Positions 25,427-34,786 of a DNA stretch of 58,095 bases are shown piece by piece. Location: positions 1 through 58,095 of the IMG/VR virus record IMGVR_UViG_3300037454_000132; one strand, 5' to 3'. The translations under genes were made by a program, and so were the position numbers. Position 1 is the stretch's first letter, and each line of letters opens with the position of its first letter. The notes below the pieces were generated by a model. The model worked only from the letters and a program-made list of their open reading frames with translations. It did no database searches and was not told the DNA's origin. Source of the DNA: a virus.

Positions 25427-26620
25427 ATGGCTGCTATCAACTACGCTGCGCAGTACGCACAGGCGCTTGCTCAGGCGTACCCCTACGCTCTGAATTTCGG
25501 CGCTCTGTACGCCACTCCCAACAATGGCCGTTATCGCATGGGCGAGGACGGCAAGACCATCTACATCCCCAACCTGTCCACCACCGGGCGCGTTGCGGCT
25601 GACCGTGACACCATCGCCACCGCCACCCGCAACTACGACAATGCGTGGGAACCCAAGACCCTCAAGAATCAGCGCAAGTGGTCTACCCTTGTCCATCCCA
25701 AGGACATCGACCAGACCAACGAGGTTGCGTCCATCACGAACATCACTCAGGTGTTCAACGAGGAACAGAAGTTCCCTGAGATGGACGCCTACTGCATTTC
25801 CGAGCTGTACAAGCTCTGGACTGAGCAGGGCCACACCGCCGACCATACTGTGCTGTCCGCCGCGAACGTGCTGACTGTCTTTGACAGCCTCATGCTCAAC
25901 ATGGACAACGCCCGTGTCCCGGCGAATGGCCGCATCCTCTACTGCACCAACGAGGTCAAGACCATGCTCAAGCAGGCGTCCGGCCTCACCCGCAATTTCG
26001 ATGTTCAGGGCGGCGGTAACGCCATCAGCCGCGACGTGTCCCGCATCGAAGAAGTGGAGGTTATCGGCGTCCCGGCTACCCTGATGCGTACCGAGTACGT
26101 TTTCAGCTCCGGCTGGGCTGTCAAGGAGGGCGCGGATCAGATCAATATGTTCCTTGTCCACCCGTCCGCCGTCATTACCCCCGTGTCCTATCAGTTCTCC
26201 CAGCTTGACCCCCCGTCCGCTGTGACCGAGGGCAAGTACATCTACTACGAGGAGAGCTTTGAGGACGTGTTCATCCTGAACAAGAAGTCCGACGCGATCC
26301 AGTTCAACACCACCGTCTATCAGTCCGACGACAACGGCCTGACCGCCCTGAGCGTGGGCAGCATCACCCTGACCCCGACCTTTGCCAAGGGCACCACGTC
26401 CTACACCGGCAGCGGTGACACCGGCTCCGTCAAGGTGACTGCGGTTGCCGCCGATCCTGACGCGGCTCTGGAAATCAAGCTGGGCGGCACCTCCAAGGGC
26501 ACCGGCACCGGCGCGATCCAGAAGAACGTCACCCTTGCGTCCGGCTCCAACGTGATTACCGTTGAAGTCACCACCAACGGCAACACCAAGACCTACACGG
26601 CGACGATCACCGCGTCCTGA
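25427..26620 (+). CDS. Major capsid protein with C-terminal cadherin-like/Ig-like beta-sandwich domain
   Basis: Position after the scaffold gene. The last ~95 aa (LTALSVGSITLTPTFAKGTTSYTG...NVITVEVTTNGNTKTYTATITAS) match the Cadherin-like beta-sandwich pattern. Confidence 0.8.
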   Translation: MAAINYAAQYAQALAQAYPYALNFGALYATPNNGRYRMGEDGKTIYIPNLSTTGRVAADRDTIATATRNYDNAWEPKTLKNQRKWSTLVHPKDIDQTNEVASITNITQVFNEEQKFPEMDAYCISELYKLWTEQGHTADHTVLSAANVLTVFDSLMLNMDNARVPANGRILYCTNEVKTMLKQASGLTRNFDVQGGGNAISRDVSRIEEVEVIGVPATLMRTEYVFSSGWAVKEGADQINMFLVHPSAVITPVSYQFSQLDPPSAVTEGKYIYYEESFEDVFILNKKSDAIQFNTTVYQSDDNGLTALSVGSITLTPTFAKGTTSYTGSGDTGSVKVTAVAADPDAALEIKLGGTSKGTGTGAIQKNVTLASGSNVITVEVTTNGNTKTYTATITAS

Positions 26621-26642
26621 GCCGAAAGCACGGAGGTAGAGT

Positions 26643-27035
26643 ATGGCCCATTCTAAGTATCTGACCTATGCGGAATACGTGGAGCGCGGCGGTACTCTCC
26701 CCGAAACGTCCTTTAACCTTTTGGAGTTCAAGAGCCGCAAGCGGATTGACTACCTGACGGATTCCCGTGTGCAGAGCATGGCCGAAGTCCCGGAGGCGGT
26801 CAAGATGTGCGTCATGTGCCTTATCTCTCTGGAAAGCACTGTAGGCGTTCAGGCACAGGCCGAAAACCCTGTTGTCACGTCTTTCAGTACGGACGGCTAT
26901 TCGGAGAGCTACGGTAAGGCTATGGGCGCAGCGGACGCGGACAAGAGTATGAATGCCGTTGTCGGTGAGTATCTCTATGGGGAGAAAGACGACAACGGCG
27001 TTCCCCTGCTCTACCGGGGGGTGAACGGCTATTGA
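26643..27035 (+). CDS. Head-tail connector protein
   Basis: 130 aa, immediately after the capsid gene. Typical gp6/gp15-like position. Confidence 0.6.
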   Translation: MAHSKYLTYAEYVERGGTLPETSFNLLEFKSRKRIDYLTDSRVQSMAEVPEAVKMCVMCLISLESTVGVQAQAENPVVTSFSTDGYSESYGKAMGAADADKSMNAVVGEYLYGEKDDNGVPLLYRGVNGY

Positions 27036-27451
27036 GACTGTGCAACGATACGATAACCGTTTTCAACGCACGGTACGACAGCGGCAATGACTGTGACGTG
27101 TATCACGCCACGGTCATTGTCGGCGTTTCGTGGTACGACGAAATAGCGTCTACCGTCGATTCATCGGGGTTAAAAGCCGCCGACAAGTACACGATCCGCA
27201 TACCGCAGGACGCGGATTTCGGCGGAAAGACGTATGTTGACCCTATCACCTATGCGCAAGCTGGCAGCGATCCCGCGCAGGTGTTCACGTTGAAAAGCGG
27301 GGACATTATCGTAAAGGGCGCAGTCACCGCAGGGGCTAACGTGCGTCCCGCCGACCTGCAAAAGCAGTATGCAGAGGCCGCAACGGTGCTGGCTGTGACG
27401 GACAACCGCCGCGCGCCGAACGCGCCGCATTGGAAAGTAGTAGGTAAGTAG
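27032..27451 (+). CDS. Head closure/head-tail adaptor protein (TTG start)
   Basis: The TTG start overlaps the previous stop. Assigned by position in the head-tail joining block. Confidence 0.55.
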   Translation: MRLCNDTITVFNARYDSGNDCDVYHATVIVGVSWYDEIASTVDSSGLKAADKYTIRIPQDADFGGKTYVDPITYAQAGSDPAQVFTLKSGDIIVKGAVTAGANVRPADLQKQYAEAATVLAVTDNRRAPNAPHWKVVGK

Positions 27452-27452
27452 C

Positions 27453-27914
27453 ATGAGCAACGGAGTGTTTCGGGTACGTGTCCAGTGGAACGGATCGTCC
27501 GACCTGCTTAAAAAGTTTCACCTTGAAAAAGGCGGTCTGGTACAGCAGGTTATTGACAAGACTGTGATTGACTGGAACCTGCAATACTGCCCGTGGGAAA
27601 CCGGCAGTCTGGCGAAAAGCGCCTATTCTGCTACGACCATCGGCAGCGGCAGGGTTATCTATCCGGGGCCTTATGCCCGATACCTGTACTACGGTGAGGT
27701 CTACGGGCCGAACATTCCGGTCTTTGAGGACGATTCGGGCATACCGACCCGCTTTTTCTCTCCGCCCGGACAGAAGAAGCACCCCACGGGGCGAAAGCTA
27801 CACTACAACATGGACACAAACCCGCTGGCCGGTGCGTTCTGGTTTGAGCGTATGAAAGCCGACCACAAGGACGATATTCTGAGGGAGGCGAAAGCAGTTG
27901 CCGGACTTAAATAA
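27453..27914 (+). CDS. Minor capsid/tail-completion protein
   Basis: PWETGSLAKSAY...GPYARYLYYGEVYGP is reminiscent of phage minor-capsid family proteins. Confidence 0.6.
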   Translation: MSNGVFRVRVQWNGSSDLLKKFHLEKGGLVQQVIDKTVIDWNLQYCPWETGSLAKSAYSATTIGSGRVIYPGPYARYLYYGEVYGPNIPVFEDDSGIPTRFFSPPGQKKHPTGRKLHYNMDTNPLAGAFWFERMKADHKDDILREAKAVAGLK

Positions 27915-28338
27915 CGTCGATCAGCTCAGGAAATGGTTTCGGACGTGTCCGGCACTTTCCGACCAAAACCGCTTTCGTGTGGACTACCTTTCGGAAAGTC
28001 CTACGGAGTACGCGATTTATGCGTCCCCGTCTACGATCACGTATCACGAGAACGTGTTAGGTGAGGAAATCCCGGATGATATTCAAACGCTCAATTTCAT
28101 CTTTGCGTCAAAGGAATCCTACGGCGCAGACGTTCAGACAAACCTTGCCAACTTAGGCTTTTATGACGCGGTTGTGATGTGGGTTATTGAACAGAACGCT
28201 TCAAGGAATTTTCCTGAGATCAACGGTGGGCGCGTCAAGTCCATCGTTCCGACTTTGACCGCGTTTCCGGTAGAGATCGGAAGCGACACGGCGAAGTATC
28301 AAATCCAGTTACGCATGACCTACAAACGGCAAGCGTGA
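27898..28338 (+). CDS. Tail terminator/completion protein (TTG start)
   Basis: GGGAGG lies 10 nt before TTG27898. Assigned by position before the major tail gene. Confidence 0.5.
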   Translation: MPDLNNVDQLRKWFRTCPALSDQNRFRVDYLSESPTEYAIYASPSTITYHENVLGEEIPDDIQTLNFIFASKESYGADVQTNLANLGFYDAVVMWVIEQNASRNFPEINGGRVKSIVPTLTAFPVEIGSDTAKYQIQLRMTYKRQA

Positions 28339-28516
28339 GTTTCCCCAAAAATGTTAAATGGGGGGGGGACGCATGATTCAATTCAGAAGTGGTTGCCTCT
28401 CCGTTCCGGGGACAATCATTCGCAGCGAACTTATCTTGTCCGACCGGGCTACGACACAGGTTGTCGTAACCGAAACGGGCGAAATCTCTTTTACTGACGA
28501 AAGGAGTAACAGCAGT

Positions 28517-29032
28517 ATGAAACTCGACAGAAACAGAGGTATGTTCTTTGCCGGTTTCGCCTCTGGCACCGGCACCGCTCCCGCAAACGTGACGTGGGAA
28601 GTGCTGGGCCGCGACAACGACGATCTGAGCAAGGAGCTTAACCCCGACACCGAAACGTCCAAGAACGTTCTCGGTGAATCCACGTTCAAGCACAAGGGCT
28701 ATGAGCCGTCCGTCAACGTCGATCCCTACTACGCTGACCCGGATAGCGCCCTGTACACCAAGCTCAAGGCCGCTGCGGTGGAGGAAAAGTACGGCGACGC
28801 CGACATTAAAGGCTACTTTGTCGAAGTGGTCTTTGACCAGACCCAGTCCACCGCTGGCCACCTGACCGGCTCCGGTCATATGCGCGAGGCGTACATCGTC
28901 CCGCAGTCCACGGGCGGCAGCACGGAGGGTTACGGCATCCCCTTTACCGTCAACCCTGTCGGCCCCATGACCACCGTGACCGTGGACTATACTCTCTCGA
29001 CCCGCGCGGTCACTATCGCGCTCCCGAACTAA
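28517..29032 (+). CDS. Major tail protein
   Basis: AAGGAG lies 9 nt before ATG28517 (MKLDRNRGMFFAG...). Alternative upstream in-frame starts are at 28373 and 28358. A strong hairpin follows the gene. Confidence 0.6.
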   Translation: MKLDRNRGMFFAGFASGTGTAPANVTWEVLGRDNDDLSKELNPDTETSKNVLGESTFKHKGYEPSVNVDPYYADPDSALYTKLKAAAVEEKYGDADIKGYFVEVVFDQTQSTAGHLTGSGHMREAYIVPQSTGGSTEGYGIPFTVNPVGPMTTVTVDYTLSTRAVTIALPN

Positions 29033-29056
29033 AAACCGGGAAAATTGCTACACACT

Positions 29057-29088
29057 GAGCCGGAAAACGTCAAAGCGTTTTCCGGCTC
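29057..29088 (+). terminator. 13-bp stem hairpin after the major tail gene (attenuator/terminator-like, no T-run)
   Basis: GAGCCGGAAAACG-tcaaag-CGTTTTCCGGCTC. Confidence 0.4.
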
Positions 29089-29125
29089 TCGTAGTATCTG
29101 ACACAAAAAACGGAGGTAAAAATCA

Positions 29126-29647
29126 ATGGCAAACGAGGCAAACGCTCACAAGCCCGTCGTCGTAGTTGACGACGGTACGCGGGAATATCCCCTTGTCAAC
29201 ACATTCGGAAAACTGATCTGCAAGATCCATTTCCGCCCTGCGGATTTCTCCATCATTGACCGCTACAACGCTATGATGACCGACTTTGACAAGCTGGTGG
29301 AGCCGTTGAAAGACCTGTCCCTGCGCAACGACGGCACGGCGGCTTTTGAACAGGACTGGCTTACGCTCAAGCAGGTCGAAAACGAGCTGAAAGACAAGAT
29401 CAACTGGCTGTTCGATATGGACGAGGCCGATGAAATCTTTGCCAACCGCAACCCGTTTTCCTCTGTCGGTGGCAAGTTTTTCTGCCTGAACGTCCTGAAC
29501 GCCTTGCAGAGCGTCGTCAACGCGGCTGTGGAGGAAGAAACCCGCCTGTCTAAGCAGCGCATGGCAAAGTATCTGGAAGATATTGAGCCTGTGAAACCGG
29601 CTACGGAGGAACAGACCGATGCTGGGGCAGCTTCCGACAAGTCTTGA
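29126..29647 (+). CDS. Tail assembly chaperone
   Basis: Acidic 173-aa protein between the major tail gene and the Gp15-like/tape measure genes. Confidence 0.6.
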   Translation: MANEANAHKPVVVVDDGTREYPLVNTFGKLICKIHFRPADFSIIDRYNAMMTDFDKLVEPLKDLSLRNDGTAAFEQDWLTLKQVENELKDKINWLFDMDEADEIFANRNPFSSVGGKFFCLNVLNALQSVVNAAVEEETRLSKQRMAKYLEDIEPVKPATEEQTDAGAASDKS

Positions 29648-30191
29648 GGTAAACGGCAAGTCCTACGCGATCCGCTCAGACTATCGGAACATTTTGCAGA
29701 TTATTACGGCCTACGACGCCGAAGAATTGAAAGACGGCGAAAAAGTCCTCATCTGCCTGAAACGTATGTATGTGGACTTTGACGCGATCCCTACCGACGA
29801 CTATGAGGCGGCGTACAAAGCCGCAACCGTCTTTATCGAATGTCAGATGCGTTCCGACAACCCCGGCCCGAAAGTAGTTGACTGGAACAAGGATTCGCAA
29901 CTGATTTTTTCGGCGGTGAACAAGGTTGCGGGGCGGGAAGTCCGCGCGGTGGAGTATATGCACTGGTGGACGTTCTTAGGCTACTTTCAGTCCGTAGACC
30001 GGGACGACTTGTGGGGATTCATCCTGACGATCCGGCAGAAACAGGCCAAAGGTCGCAAGCTGGAAAAATACGAAACGGAGTTTTACAACGCAAACCGTTC
30101 TATGTGCGACATTGGAAAGCGCGTAGATAGGAAAAAAGAAGCGATTGACTACATGGAAGCTCTCTACGCGGAACTTTACGGAAAGGGGTGA
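29619..30191 (+). CDS. Phage Gp15-family tail assembly protein
   Basis: LPTSLEVNGKSYAIRSDYRNILQIITAY is typical of the Gp15 family. It has its own GGAGG and ATG. Confidence 0.65.
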   Translation: MLGQLPTSLEVNGKSYAIRSDYRNILQIITAYDAEELKDGEKVLICLKRMYVDFDAIPTDDYEAAYKAATVFIECQMRSDNPGPKVVDWNKDSQLIFSAVNKVAGREVRAVEYMHWWTFLGYFQSVDRDDLWGFILTIRQKQAKGRKLEKYETEFYNANRSMCDIGKRVDRKKEAIDYMEALYAELYGKG

Positions 30192-30197
30192 TACCCT

Positions 30198-33100
30198 ATG
30201 GCAGCAGAGAATAGCGACGGCTCCCTTATCATTGATACCGAACTGGATAACAACGGCTTTGAAAAGGGCGTTGACAAGCTCCTGAATGCTGTCAAGGAAC
30301 TCACACAGGCCGTCGATACTCTGGGCGATAACCTGATGCGCTCTTTCGGGCAAATGGCCCCTATGCTGCAAGCTGTGGCGTCTGCTACGTCCGCCATCAA
30401 TGAAAGGATGGGGGCGACAGCTACACAGACGGCAGCGGCAAACGAACGCATTGTAGATACGGAGGAACGGGTTACGGGCGCAGCTCAGGAAGCCGCAAAC
30501 GCTGTCAATCAGCAGAGCGTAGCGGCGAACACTACGCGCACGTCGATTTCCTCCCTTGAAAAAGAGGTAAATTCCCTGTCCAGCGGCCTACAGGCCGTGT
30601 CTCAGAGCGCAGAGGGCGGCTTTGCCAACGGCAAGGCCGTTCTTGCTTTTGACAACAAGATCACCGCACTTGAACAGCGGCTTACAGAAGCCCGTCAGCG
30701 GCTTGCGGATTTCGGGAATACTCAGATACCTACCGAGGCATTCAAAGAGATTTCAGCGCAGGTAGAGAAAGCGGAACAGTCTCTTTTCAAGCTCTATGAG
30801 CGCAGAGATACCTTTGAGGCTTTGGGCGTCAAGGAAAACAGTAAACAGTGGCAACGGCTGACGCTGGATATTAAAAACGCAGAAACGATCCTGTCCCAGT
30901 ACGAGCGGCAGCGTGACAGTCTGGCCGCAAACGGCGGGGCGTTCATTTCCGGCAATGAGACGGCCGAATTTGCCCGGATGCAGGAAGCCTTAAACAACGC
31001 CGGGACAGTGCTTGAGCGCAACAAGTCCCTTGTGGATCAGGAAGCCCTTGCACAAGCCCGCCTGAACGTCCTGACGGCGCAGGAAGCAGTAGCGGCGGCA
31101 ACTACTACGGCGGAGCGCGAAGCGGCCCTACAGAGGCTACAGACGGCTCAGGCGGAGCTTAACGAGCTGGCCGCGTCTATGTCAAACAATCCCGGCGCGC
31201 AGCCTCCGGCCCCGGACGAGGAAAAGATCACCCTCTGGCAGCGGTTAGGCGCGGCCATCAAGACGGCGGGATCAGCCGCAATGAAAGCGACAGCTACACT
31301 TGCGAAAGTCCCGTTTCAGGCAATGGCAAAAGGCGTCAAAGCACTGGGGGCAGGGCTGAAAAACTTTATCGGTCACGCGAAACGGGCGAAAACGCAGTCC
31401 AACGCCCTTGTTAAAACCCTTACGAGCCTGAAACGTATGCTTATCACGCGCATCAAGAGAATGTTCATAAGCAGCATTTTCAACAGCGCGAAAGAGAGCT
31501 TACAGACCCTTGCGAAATTCTCAGATTCGTTCAACAACGCCATGTCGAATATCAAAAATTCGTCTAAGGAGCTGTCCGCGAATCTGGCCGTTTCAATGGG
31601 GAGGCTCATTGAGAAAATTGAGCCGATTATCACGAGGCTCATTGATTCGCTGTCCAAAGCGATCACCTACATCAATGCTTTTTTTGCCCTGTTGAGCGGA
31701 AAGCAGACCATGACCGTTGCGAAAAAACAGACCGATTCTTACCGGGACAGTCTGGACGGCGCGGCGAAGTCTGCGGAAGAACTGAAAAATCAGGTCTACG
31801 GCTTTGACGAGCTGAACAAGCGCAGCGATAACGACAAGGACAGCGGCGGGGCAAACGACGGCTCCGACCTCTTTGAAGAAGTCCCCATAGACAGTGTGTT
31901 GCCCGACAAGCTCAAAGACCTCTTTGAAGAACTCAAAAAGCTCTGGGAGGACGCCGACTTTTTCAACTTTGGAAAGAAGCTGGCCGAGGGCTTGAATATG
32001 CTCATGCAGGAGGCCGACGACTGGATCAACAACAAATTCCGGCCAAAGGGCGTAGAGTGGGCGAAGAACATTGCCGAAATTTTGAACGGCCTTGTTGACG
32101 GTTTCGACTGGGAACTTATGGGGAAAACCCTTGCGGACGGCCTGAACTCAGTCTTTGACATTATCAACACGTTCCTGACGACCTTTGACTTTGAGGCTTT
32201 GGGAAAAGGCATCGGCAAAGCAATCAACGGCTGGTTTGACAATGTTGAATGGGATTTGCTGGGACAGACCTTTGCCAACGGCTGGAACGCCCTTGTAGAT
32301 TTCATTTTCGGCATCGTGAGTGAAGTTGACTGGGCGAACGTCGGAGATTCTATTGCTGAGTTTATCCAGAATTTCTTTGACACCATCGACTGGGACAAGA
32401 CCGCACAGACCATCATCACCGCGATCAACGGCATTGTCGAAGCCTTTGACCACCTGTTCACCGGCGTTGACTGGAACGGCATCGGTCAGAATATCGGCAA
32501 ATTCCTGTCCGATTCTCTGTCCGGCATCGACTGGGGCGCTTTGTTCCAGACGGTCATTGACGGCGTGAATAGCATCTTTGAGCTGATCCTTGGCGTCTTG
32601 GAGGGCTTTGACTGGGGCGAGGTTGCCCGTAGTCTGGCCGAGGGCGTGAACAAGATTGATATTGCCGAAATGCTCACCAACGCGGCCCGGATCGTCAGCG
32701 AGTTTGTCACCGGAGTTTTGGAGTTTGCCGTAAATTTCATCGAAACGGTTGACTGGCACGAGCTGATTTCTAAGCTCTGGGACGGCCTTGTGAGCATCGT
32801 CAATTCTATCGACTTTGAAAAATTGGTGGAGCTGGCCTTTGAATTGCTGGGTGCAGCGATTGGTGCCGCTACACAGATCATCTTTACGCAGTGTGAAAAA
32901 ATCTGGGAGCTGTTCAAGGAAGCGTGGGAGGGCATCAAGTCCTATTTCAGCGAGTACATTGAAGCCTACGGCGGGGATATTATTGCAGGACTTTTCATGG
33001 GGATCGTGAATGCGCTGGTAAACATCGGACAGTGGATTTACGATCACATTTTCAAGCCGTTCATTGACGGTTTCAAGAAAGCCTTTGGCATCAACTCCCC

Positions 33101-34385
33101 GTCAACCGTTATGGCCGAAATGGGAAAATACATCGTCGAGGGCTTGTTGCAGGGCATTAAAAACGTCTGGAACTCCATCACGCAATTTTTCACGACGGCC
33201 CTGAACACCATCAAACAGGCCATTACCACGGCTTGGAACGCGGTCAAACAGGCCACTACTCAGGCTTGGGAGGCCATCAAAAACGGCATTAAGGAGAAAT
33301 TCGACGCCGTAAAGACCACGATCACGAACACGGCAAACGCGATCAAGACCACTCTGACCAACGCTTGGAACGCCATCAAGCAGACGGCTACTCAGGCATG
33401 GGAGAACATCAAGAGCGGGATCAAGCAGAAATTCGACGCGGCGAAACAGGCGATCACGTCTACCGCTGACGCAATCAAAAACGGGCTGACCAACGCTTGG
33501 AACAATATCAAATCTTCCGCTACTACGGTTTGGGAGAATATCAAGTCTACGATTTCTCAGAAATGGGAAGCCCTGAAAAACGGCCTGAACACGGCAACAC
33601 AGAACATGAACACGGCCATTACCAACGGCTGGAACGCGCTCAAGCAGACGGCATCCAGCTCTTGGGACAGCATCACATCTACCGTGTCCAACCTGTGGAA
33701 TAGCCTGAAAAACACGCTGTCTAATACCAACTGGCGTGACGTGGGTACAAACCTTGTGAACGGCATCCAGAGCGGCATTACAAGCGCGTGGACGTGGCTT
33801 TCCTCTACGGTCAGTAGTCTTGCCTCCGGCCTTGTGAGCGGCGTCAAGTCCTTGCTTGGTATTCATTCCCCGTCCAAAGTCTTTGCTGAGATCGGTAAAT
33901 ACATCGACTTGGGTTTGACTGAGGGCATCGAGAAGCACGAACGCGCGGTACTGGAATCCGTGTCCGGTATGGCGCAGGACGTGACAGATCAGTTTGACGC
34001 GGAGAAAGCTACACTACAGATAGACGCGGAGGGAACCGGGCTGGTGGACAAGCTGGCCGGGATCACTACGAAGCTGTCTGACATTGCAAACGTGTTCCGC
34101 GAAATCAACGCTGTTCTGGCGAACATGGGCGGTCTGCAAGTCCCCGCAATCGCAACCGGCACCGAAGTACCCTACAAAACGCGCGTCAGCTCTGACACGC
34201 CGCAGGACACGCCGCAGGGAACGACAAGCGGGATGCTGGATGAAAGACTATCCGACTTTACTTTCCTGCTGCGGCAGATTCTTGACCTGCTTGAGCGTAA
34301 AAATCTGGGCGTCGATAATGACGAGCTGGCAGCGGCTATTGCCTTTGCCCTGACCGGGGCGCAAAGAGGATTTGGAGGGACGTAA
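30198..34385 (+). CDS. Tape measure protein (1395 aa)
   Basis: Assigned by size and position. Coiled-coil N-terminal half. DW-x-G repeats. About 44-aa tandem repeats (AWNAxKQ..W..IK) encoded around 33180-33720. Confidence 0.9.
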   Translation: MAAENSDGSLIIDTELDNNGFEKGVDKLLNAVKELTQAVDTLGDNLMRSFGQMAPMLQAVASATSAINERMGATATQTAAANERIVDTEERVTGAAQEAANAVNQQSVAANTTRTSISSLEKEVNSLSSGLQAVSQSAEGGFANGKAVLAFDNKITALEQRLTEARQRLADFGNTQIPTEAFKEISAQVEKAEQSLFKLYERRDTFEALGVKENSKQWQRLTLDIKNAETILSQYERQRDSLAANGGAFISGNETAEFARMQEALNNAGTVLERNKSLVDQEALAQARLNVLTAQEAVAAATTTAEREAALQRLQTAQAELNELAASMSNNPGAQPPAPDEEKITLWQRLGAAIKTAGSAAMKATATLAKVPFQAMAKGVKALGAGLKNFIGHAKRAKTQSNALVKTLTSLKRMLITRIKRMFISSIFNSAKESLQTLAKFSDSFNNAMSNIKNSSKELSANLAVSMGRLIEKIEPIITRLIDSLSKAITYINAFFALLSGKQTMTVAKKQTDSYRDSLDGAAKSAEELKNQVYGFDELNKRSDNDKDSGGANDGSDLFEEVPIDSVLPDKLKDLFEELKKLWEDADFFNFGKKLAEGLNMLMQEADDWINNKFRPKGVEWAKNIAEILNGLVDGFDWELMGKTLADGLNSVFDIINTFLTTFDFEALGKGIGKAINGWFDNVEWDLLGQTFANGWNALVDFIFGIVSEVDWANVGDSIAEFIQNFFDTIDWDKTAQTIITAINGIVEAFDHLFTGVDWNGIGQNIGKFLSDSLSGIDWGALFQTVIDGVNSIFELILGVLEGFDWGEVARSLAEGVNKIDIAEMLTNAARIVSEFVTGVLEFAVNFIETVDWHELISKLWDGLVSIVNSIDFEKLVELAFELLGAAIGAATQIIFTQCEKIWELFKEAWEGIKSYFSEYIEAYGGDIIAGLFMGIVNALVNIGQWIYDHIFKPFIDGFKKAFGINSPSTVMAEMGKYIVEGLLQGIKNVWNSITQFFTTALNTIKQAITTAWNAVKQATTQAWEAIKNGIKEKFDAVKTTITNTANAIKTTLTNAWNAIKQTATQAWENIKSGIKQKFDAAKQAITSTADAIKNGLTNAWNNIKSSATTVWENIKSTISQKWEALKNGLNTATQNMNTAITNGWNALKQTASSSWDSITSTVSNLWNSLKNTLSNTNWRDVGTNLVNGIQSGITSAWTWLSSTVSSLASGLVSGVKSLLGIHSPSKVFAEIGKYIDLGLTEGIEKHERAVLESVSGMAQDVTDQFDAEKATLQIDAEGTGLVDKLAGITTKLSDIANVFREINAVLANMGGLQVPAIATGTEVPYKTRVSSDTPQDTPQGTTSGMLDERLSDFTFLLRQILDLLERKNLGVDNDELAAAIAFALTGAQRGFGGT

Positions 34386-34387
34386 TT

Positions 34388-34786
34388 ATGTCTGCAATTC
34401 AGGGAGTATTCAAGATCAACGGCCATGATTACACCCGCTATGTCAAGCAGCTCACCGGGCTTGGCTGGTCAAGAGAAAACACCAACGATAAGGACGCTGG
34501 GCGCGACGAGGACGATGTTATGCACACCAACGTCCGATCCCATCAGCGGAAGTTGACAATGAAGCTGGGGCCTATGCCCTTTGACGTGGCTATGCAGCTT
34601 GAGGCCGACCTTGAGGGCGGGGACGACGGCGTGAACGTCCAGTACCCCGACCTTATGAACGGCCTTTGCACCCGCGTTTTCTACAATACGTCTATCACCG
34701 CAGCCGAAGAACAATTCAGAGAGGACGGTATTGTGGTGGATAACATCAACTTTACGCTGATTAGTGTAAAGGAGGCAACGGTATAA
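34388..34786 (+). CDS. Distal tail (Dit-position) protein, short
   Basis: 132-aa ORF directly after the TMP. Assignment is by position only. Confidence 0.45.
   Translation: MSAIQGVFKINGHDYTRYVKQLTGLGWSRENTNDKDAGRDEDDVMHTNVRSHQRKLTMKLGPMPFDVAMQLEADLEGGDDGVNVQYPDLMNGLCTRVFYNTSITAAEEQFREDGIVVDNINFTLISVKEATV

Noticed and set aside
29619-29647. Programmed -1 frameshift joining the two tail-chaperone ORFs, as in the lambda G/GT paradigm.
   Set aside because: The second ORF has its own GGAGG plus ATG, and I could not identify a convincing slippery heptamer in the 29-nt overlap. I did not claim a frameshift.
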